DNA from: Eledone cirrhosa
Taxonomy: Eukaryota
Direction of reading: 5' to 3'
Assembly (NCBI GenBank): GCA_964016885.1
Contig: OZ024742.1
Location: forward strand, 155,124,001 to 155,188,000
DNA length: 64,000 nt
The stretch's first letter is position 1; each line of letters starts with the position of its first letter. Below the pieces are notes generated by a model that was not told the origin of the DNA, searched no databases, and worked only from the letters and a program-made list of their open reading frames with translations. Below, piece by piece: positions 58,858 through 64,000 of the stretch. A program made the position numbers and the translations under genes.

Positions 58858-59225
58858 ATAATTGTTTCCACTTTTGGCGTACGGTCACCAATTATTACAT
58901 TGCATTAAGGGTACTTTACACCCGTAAGGCTGAAATGAAAAGTTACACTCGGCGGGATTTGAAATCTGAATGTAATGGGCCATAGCCCTATGCTGCAAAC
59001 CATGGTGTCTGACGCTCTACCGATATCATAATAATAATTGTTTCTACCTTTGGCACAATGCCAGCAATTACCCATTACAATACTGGTACTTTATTTTATC
59101 GACCCCGTAAGGATGAAAGGCAAAGTTAACCTTGGCGGGATTTGAACTCAGACCATAATGGGCCTAACTCTTTGCTACAAAGCATGACGTCTGACCCTCT
59201 ACCGATACTGCCTATCCATCACCTG
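58858..59225 (-). mobile_element. Two SINE copies in tandem (~58858-59026 and ~59030-59225)
   Basis: Each is a reverse complement of the 1258 family with an (ATT) tail. Confidence 0.85.
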
Positions 59226-59623
59226 GCTACCATTACTACTAGTAGTAATACATTCATACACTTGTTTGCATTGAATGATAACATCTTCCCATCTCTCACG
59301 ACCAAGAATAACTGCCTTAGCTCTTCAACAGATATTTTCGTCTATGTCACGCTGTAATGACTTGAGAAGTCTGACACGTTCGCGTTTCACATTATTGGGC
59401 TACCACAATACATTCAAACATGTGTTTCTTCCTCATCTTCCTCGTCTATAATTCAATCTCACCATCAGAAACGTTACTATTTTTTTATCTACTATACCAA
59501 TCGGTAAAGAATTATATAGCTTTATTGAATTGCATCGTTCCCAAGTTTTACCTTACATTTCCTATATACATATATATGCATCTGTGTCCACATGTATTTG
59601 TACGCGTGCACACACACACACAC

Positions 59624-59682
<59 letters not shown>

Positions 59683-60262
59683 AGTGAAAAATAGTTTAAT
59701 TAGGAATAAGTTTCGCGCCAATTCGTGTTGCAAAAATGATTGTGGTCAAAACAATTTTGATTGGTCGGTAGAGGTCACGTGTATGTTAAAAATTGATTTT
59801 GCGCCTAATGTAGGTTTGTCGAAGAGTGTCCTTTTTCACCTGATTGAGAAGTCACTGAAAAATAAGTCTTTTAATAAAAATATATGTGTGTGTGTGTAGT
59901 AAAGAGGTTCATTGTTGTGATAATGGTCAGTAGGGATGTTTGTGTCAAGTGCAGTCATGTTGAAGGGTCAACAGTTCAGGTGCCTATTAAGACAAATATG
60001 TGTGTGTGTATGTGTAGCATATTAATTCGAGGTAGAGGGATCGGACAGTAGGAATGTGTCTGTACGTGTGTGGGGGTATTTTAACATGTTGAATTATATT
60101 TTTCAGCTCTTGTCTTATACGGAGAAGTGTATCTGTGTGTGTGTGTGTGTATATATATGTCTCTTTGCATGTTAGTGTACGCGTGTGTATGTGTGTGTGT
60201 ATATGTGTGTGTATATGTGTGTATAATGTTTCACTGGGAACAATTTGTCAATTTTCCTTTCA

Positions 60263-60301
<39 letters not shown>

Positions 60302-60890
60302 CCATACTAAGAGTGGGAAATGAAATTTCGTTTTCATTTTTTTCAACCTATATATATATATATATATACATATACATAAGTATATGTGTATGTTTTACAC
60401 CCGATCTTTTATGTAGCGGGTCTAATTGGGAATAGCTGTTCAATTCAAACACACATACATCTAATTAATCTCCCATAATTTCATTGATACATTCACATAA
60501 ATCTTTGATATCTTTTGATGTAGCTTTCGTGAGTATTTAGAGTAAAACAATTAAAATAATTAAAATTCTAAGAGAGAAATCGGTTTAGATACTAATCCCA
60601 TTTACTGATTAATTATGACTTAAATGCATTAATTAATTGAATTTCATATTCCCTAGTGCATACAGTACGCTGACTATTGCATTTGGTGAAATTCGAATAT
60701 TTTCGATTTCTTTAAACCTAATATGTATATATTGATGTTAATATATATATATATATTTATATATACAAATGGAAAAAAATGAAATTTCATTTCTCACTCT
60801 TAGTACCGCTGATACTTAAATATAAGTATGTATACGTACATACATATATGTATTCAGACGTACAGTAGTATGTATATACATACATACATG

Positions 60891-60991
<101 letters not shown>

Positions 60992-60992
60992 T

Positions 60993-61057
<65 letters not shown>

Positions 61058-61060
61058 ACG

Positions 61061-61268
61061 TATGGGTTTAACGAACATTTATTATAATGCTGAGTTTGTT
61101 TGTAAACAAACAGCCCGAATTATTAGCCGTACAGTGTTCGACAACACTGACAAAGGAACATCGTTCTATTGTCAGTGTTGAATAAAATGACGACGATGGT
61201 TACTGAACACTGCTAATAATTCGGCCTGTTAGTTTACAAACAAACCGTAAATGTTCGGTAAACCCATA
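61061..61268. mobile_element. ~205-bp hairpin MITE-like element
   Basis: Termini TATGGGTTTAACGAACATTTA / TAAATGTTCGGTAAACCCATA, with nested internal inverted repeats. Confidence 0.75.
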
Positions 61269-61269
61269 C

Positions 61270-61306
<37 letters not shown>

Positions 61307-61358
61307 TATAGAAAGGATAAAAAGGACGATTGATTATTCCTTCTTTGCATTTATTGAT

Positions 61359-61445
61359 AGGTGACGCGCGTTTCGCCACTGATCAGCTCAAGGTTCGATC
61401 CATATCGATCCTACCCGACTCAATAATCCGCAGCTCGACGGACCC
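61359..61445 (-). ncRNA. Hammerhead-like motif with variant core CCGUCGA and enlarged stem II, followed by AATAAA
   Basis: Minus strand GGGT-CCGTCGA-GCTGC..50 nt..GTGGC-GAAA-CGCGCG-TC-ACCT-ATCAATAAA. Confidence 0.5.
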
Positions 61446-62734
61446 TCTTAAAATGCTATAAGAAAATGAAATACATGCAAAGTGGTAAACTAAGAGATTA
61501 AAGAGTTTGACAAAATGAGTTGTTTTGATTGGTGGGAAGGATCAAGGCGATGTACTGGCCTGTAGTGTATATGGGGGTGGGTGTGATGATGAGATGTTGG
61601 TGACGGTCGGTGGATGAGGTGGGCTGTGGTGTGGTGGTGGTGGGTTGGCCTTGGCGTGTAGAGTGGGGGTGGATGTGATGATATGGTGGTGTTATGGCTG
61701 CTTAGTGGGATAGGCTGTGGTATGAGGTTAGTGGATTGTCAGTAGATGGGTTGGCGTGTGTGTGGGGGTGTGGTATTGGTACCGTTGTCTATGGCAGCGG
61801 CGTTTGTGGTGGTGTGGTGGATGTATTGGTGGCGTCAAGGTCCTTACCTAGATACATAGCTAGACGCTCTTCGTCTGACAGATACTTTGTATATACGTAT
61901 ACGCACACACGTATATGTATATATGTGCACATATATTGTTGTATAAACACACACAACACAAAACACATACGCACATCCTTGCCCACACATATCGACACAC
62001 GCTCACACACAGCCATATGTATATGTACACACATGTATGTGCGTGCGCGCATGCGGACAGGAATATGGAGAGTGGGGGGAGTATCGGTGGGGGTGGCGAA
62101 CGACAGAGATGGGGGGAAGGTGAGAGGCAATGTAGAAGGTGTTTTACATATATACATACACATACATATACCCATACACACATATGGGGATGGGCACATG
62201 GACTCACACTCACGTATACAAAATATACACATACACACTCACACACACGTATACTCACACACACATATATAAATATATATACACATATATATATATATAT
62301 ATATATACAAACACATGTACAGACAACACGCAGATATACGCGCACGTATGCGAGCTCACATATGCACATACATGAGATCACCTACACATACAGTCACATT
62401 CACCCATATACATATATGTAGACGTACACATATACACACATACATACACATACGTATAGACACACACATATACACTTACGCATACACATACACATATATA
62501 TACAGATATATATACACACACATGCACACATGTATACACATGTGTTCACATACACACACACACACACACATACATATAATTATGCGTACACGCACGCACA
62601 CTTATACGTCTGTATGTGTAAACATACTTACACAGACACACACTATATATACATTATATATGTATATGTGCATGTGTGTATATACATACTACTGCACGGC
62701 TGTATACATATATGTGTGTACGTATACATACTTA

Positions 62735-62818
<84 letters not shown>

Positions 62819-62923
62819 CATCAATAGGCATATTCTCTTGTCTTGAATTATCTGAGATCTGCCTTGTTCTGTTCCCTTCTATATTTTATTGGCTGTATTG
62901 CATTTTTCAGGAGATTATGAATG

Positions 62924-62961
<38 letters not shown>

Positions 62962-63689
62962 GGAGGGGAGTACGTCTGTGTATGTGTGTGCAAAACGTGA
63001 ATGGGAGCAACAAAGCAAACAACTTATTACTGTGATGATATTGTAGGAAAAGTGTCTTTACATTTCGGACACTCGTCCTTCATCAGTTGAAAATATGAAA
63101 AATAAACGCTATATTTGTTGATGCTTTCTTCTACAAGTCCAAGCATAAATGGCAACATTCTTTCTACCTGATTTTCTGATTTCGTGGATGTCATACTAAT
63201 CAATGCTAATCATTTGATTTATATTGCTTTGAACAAAATGGCTGCATTTTAATGGTGTTACAATGTCACCATTTAGTGATTAAACTCTATAATATACTTT
63301 ATTTTCGATGTAATGACTTCTCCCCTCTCTTGAAAACAACAAACGAAGAGTTAAAAGGCTCACGGGAAATTCATGTTGGATATCATTTAGACAATAAATA
63401 TACAATTATGAACACAGCGACAGCACCAGCCAAAGAAAGTATTCAGAATCATGAAATATAATTATATTTAAATAATTAAATTAAAAAGTTCAAAGCATAT
63501 GCTAACGGAGATAATGACAATGGTGGTGAGTAGATGGACGAATGGCTATATTGAATAAAACATAATCTCTCTCTAGATGTGACGACATTCAAACAAGAAA
63601 TGCATTTTCTTTATTTGACCTTTAAAAGTAAGTCGTTGCTCTGTTCTTTATTTTAATTGAATTTATGTTAGTTATATGGAAAAAAAAAT

Positions 63690-63911
63690 GGCGGTGGGTT
63701 GACACTATCAGTAGAGCTTCAGACACCATTCCTTGCAGCATAGATTTATGGCCCTTTACATTCTGAGTTAATATCCCACCAAGGTTAGCTTTGCCTTTCA
63801 TCCTTACGGGGTTGATAAAATGAACTAACAGTAATGCATTGGGGTCGATTTAATCGACTTTCCCCTCCTCTTTAAATAGATGGATTTGTGCCTAAAATAG
63901 AAACAATTATT
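63690..63911 (+). mobile_element. SINE copy; another head starts at ~63927
   Basis: GGCGGTGG..TTTGCCTTTCATCCTTACGGGGTTGATAAAA..GTGCCTAAAATAGAAACAATT. Confidence 0.85.
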
Positions 63912-64000
63912 CATAGGGAAAAACAGCGCGGTGGCTTGGCAATATCGGTGAAGCATCGGACAGCATGCATCGTAGCAGATAGTTACAGGCCTTTACTTTC

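Overview
Eukaryotic, very AT-rich, repeat-dominated non-coding DNA. The (TA)n/(CA)n/(TATG)n load and the tRNA-derived SINE family suggest a cephalopod (octopus-like) genome; this is inference. Nearly all listed ORFs are microsatellite artefacts and no host gene can be called with confidence. The recognisable coding remnants all come from retroelements: Penelope-like elements (PLE; GIY-YIG endonuclease ~4095-4762, RT ~33260-33733, endonuclease C-terminus ~49700-49840), a decayed L1/Tx1-like LINE (24805-28349, plus two fragments), R4/Dong-like RLE fragments, RTE-like (TATG)-tailed elements and about 10 SINE copies. The most interesting signal is a hammerhead-ribozyme (HHR) system. (i) A near-perfect array of about 9.9 x 311 bp (40385-43457) carries one minimal type I hammerhead per unit, has an inverted 5' end and sits in (TA)n; it is a candidate retrozyme (circular-RNA retroelement). 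(ii) Several unrelated PLE tails form fold-back inverted repeats and carry hammerheads, including non-canonical cores (UUGACAA with a U3-A8 covariation; CCGUCGA) and enlarged stem II.
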